DNA from: an uncultured candidatus Brocadiaceae bacterium
GTDB lineage: Bacteria; Planctomycetota; UBA1135; UBA2386
DNA length: 64,000 nucleotides
Reading direction: 5' to 3'
Assembly: GCA_964418595.1 (NCBI GenBank)
Contig: CAYQMF010000015.1
Span: 5,756-69,755 of the forward strand
Both the position numbers and the translations under genes were made by a program. Below the pieces are notes generated by a model, which saw only the letters and a list, made by a program, of their open reading frames with translations, ran no database searches and was not told where the DNA came from. Each line of letters opens with the position of its first letter. The stretch's first letter is position 1. This document shows, piece by piece, positions 63,101-64,000 of the stretch.

Positions 63101-64000
63101 GAGCCTGCGCGGAACGCCTCGTGGCCGACCACCCGCTCCTGCCGGTGGGGTGGCGGACGCTGGCGGAAGCGTGCGCCAAGGTCGGCGATGCCGAGGCGGC
63201 AGGGGCCGCGTGCATGCGCGCCATCCGGCTCGCGCCCGAGGACGACGCCGGTTGGGACCTGCTGGGGGGGCTGTGCGGCGCGTCGGTGACCGCGGAGCTG
63301 GCGCGCGAACTCGTGGCGGAGCGTCCGCAGGACGCCGAGCGCTGGGCGCGCGTGGCGACGATGGACCTCGCGACCGGCGAGCGGCTCGCGGCCCTCGGTC
63401 GCGCCCGCGACCTGCGCCCCACGTGGTCGCAGCCGTACGACGAGGCCGCGGCGCTGCTCGGCGCGGAGGGGCGATGGGAAGATGCCAGGGCGTGGCTCGC
63501 GACGTACCCGGGCGACCTGCCCTTCAACCTGCGCGGTCGCGCCGCCTGGCTGCAGCATCGGGCCGGGGACCCCGACGGGGCGATCGCGGCGATGCGCGGG
63601 ATCCTCGCGGAGGTCGCGACCTACGCCTGGGGGTGGTTCCAGCTCTGCGCGTGGCTGGAGGAGCGCGAGGATTGGGCCGACCTGCGCGAAGCGGCCACGC
63701 GTCTCGCCGAGCTGAGTCCCGACGACCCGGTGCCCCTCGCGTACCTGGCCGATGCGCATCTGCACACCGACGAGCCCGCGGCGGCGGACGCCGCGCTCGG
63801 GCGCGCGGTCGAACTCGCCCCCGGCTATCGCTTCGCGTTGTGGAAGCTGGTGCAGCGGCGACTCGCGGCCGGCGAGTACGACGCGGCTGCCGAGGTCGTC
63901 GCGCGCGCCCACGCCCGCGCACCGGGAGCCACGACCACCGCCGCTGCGGTCGTGGTGGCAGCCGCGCGCGGCGATGAAGCCGCCGCGCGGAGGGCCTTCG
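60148..64000 (+). CDS. TPR-repeat protein with peptidase C39-like (papain-fold) domain; 3' end outside window
   Basis: Not in the ORF track because frame 1 has no stop before nt 64000; translated by hand. 'LRCPVPFVRQHHLTCGPATLTALAMSFGAS...ARGIPFAVATQEATSGHLQALMGHDPRRGVMLVRDPYF' (Cys/His C39-like). It is flanked by more than 1000 aa of TPR-like helices ('ALELEPDSGW', 'ALELRPDDPELL', 'ELLELEPDDAWARRELA'). The GTG 60148 start is tentative. Confidence 0.8.
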   Translation, partial: MTRETIEERERIRLAALCDAGAFLQVQASVADLPPPAHWRGAESTLLAARLLYPLGAERLADAVARRGLRRHPRSIDLLERVVFAQIRRRGALSAKRMLAAAPTPSTVAEESTLCGVRAHGATELRDFDTADEALRRALELEPDSGWNHVIASAVRAAEDRYDEALAAARRAVALRPGMGAAISALAHLLQLREHDDEAIEVLQAGVARTEIAYLSVQLAGVLLEVERADEALVALDRAAACAPLAESVFQEGIRSLRFSALYQQDRIDDARQVAAAMRSPFHQRQADRLATATDQPVLRCPVPFVRQHHLTCGPATLTALAMSFGASTDHLAVADAICWGGTRGYVERRWALQNGFAAREFTLTVPAARALLARGIPFAVATQEATSGHLQALMGHDPRRGVMLVRDPYFRHTREWLDEEFLERYRSSGPRAMAIVPAARAAELAERDLPDAELFDLLFQVQEALHAHDHAAARRVHAELVERAPDHALTIYSRWSLTDYEQDAVGALACIERMLALYPDDHGLLLRRVAALEALGRGTDSRAALESVVASQPSDPAFLVHLASVLARDPGQQPRRRELLRRLERYAAGHAGILRALASWHWDEQDQATAVELFRLAACADEVSESTAFASYFRAAHACGRQDEGLAFLRRRFERHGRKDAGPARSLFLALDLLGRTHEGLAVLDSALELRPDDPELLLFAADVFSANGRDEDARGLLQRARGRANVAEHAATAARLAERRGELAASLGHWREVVACEPLHWRAHDAITAALAATVGHAAAAEHMRGVVETFPFLSEPRRRLAIHHGAREPERAAEALRELLELEPDDAWARRELALRCVDLGQREQALAEVERACELEPRAAASHGIRAFVLTELGRRAEAATAALVALRLDPDYALCIEPAITHAATDAARLAAIDTVFELMSAGGTGAGVATLFRVASVHLPTPEVEWRLREFVTRRPAVWQARALLAAHELRSGRPAAARACAERLVADHPLLPVGWRTLAEACAKVGDAEAAGAACMRAIRLAPEDDAGWDLLGGLCGASVTAELARELVAERPQDAERWARVATMDLATGERLAALGRARDLRPTWSQPYDEAAALLGAEGRWEDARAWLATYPGDLPFNLRGRAAWLQHRAGDPDGAIAAMRGILAEVATYAWGWFQLCAWLEEREDWADLREAATRLAELSPDDPVPLAYLADAHLHTDEPAAADAALGRAVELAPGYRFALWKLVQRRLAAGEYDAAAEVVARAHARAPGATTTAAAVVVAAARGDEAAARRAF

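Noticed and set aside
60133-63912. 1259-aa minus-strand ORF, the longest ORF listed for this region.
   Set aside because: Arg/Gly-rich and motif-free. The opposite strand in frame 1 encodes a coherent TPR + C39-like protein, so this is an antisense shadow.
1-64000. Looked for tRNA, rRNA, CRISPR repeats, integrases, transposases, and inverted or direct terminal repeats that would mark the tagging operon as a mobile island.
   Set aside because: I found none by reading intergenic regions and ORF translations. Composition looks uniform by eye, so I make no mobile-element claim.

Overview
This is a very GC-rich bacterial chromosomal segment (about 70% GC by eye, not computed). The gene content includes a prepilin-type pseudopilin, many lipoproteins and secreted repeat proteins, a sulfatase, an FGE-sulfatase domain, FG-GAP/VCBS repeats, DPP-IV and TPR proteins. 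That mix resembles Planctomycetota- or Myxococcota-like environmental bacteria, but the taxon cannot be fixed from the sequence alone. I call 43 protein-coding genes and 1 pseudogene. I found no rRNA, tRNA, CRISPR array, integrase or transposase. Because of the GC content, most long ORFs in the track are antisense or off-frame shadows rich in Arg/Pro/Ala/Gly. I chose real frames by protein-like composition, recognisable motifs, signal peptides and stop/start coupling. Internal start coordinates were computed from the ORF track and may be off by a few nt. Ordinary content includes FKBP, rpsD, cytochrome c peroxidase, a small glycan cluster (GT2, O-antigen-ligase-like), a DEAD-box helicase, a GNAT, a sulfatase, DPP-IV and a FabH-like KAS III. 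The standout is an 11-gene, translationally coupled minus-strand operon at 18048-28259. It joins a eukaryote-like E1/E2/Ubl/JAB module, headed by a wHTH-like protein and an FHA/Zn-ribbon protein, directly to an Mpa-like AAA+ / Dop-like / Pup(UBact)-like / PafA-like module. No 20S proteasome genes lie in the window. A divergent SorC-type regulator and a secreted caspase-TPR-FGE-domain protein flank this operon. Other notable items are a VWA + giant lipoprotein cluster, an SLC12-type transporter pseudogene with an internal deletion, a 20-Gly lipoprotein linker, and a large TPR + C39-like peptidase gene that runs off the 3' end and is therefore missing from the ORF track.
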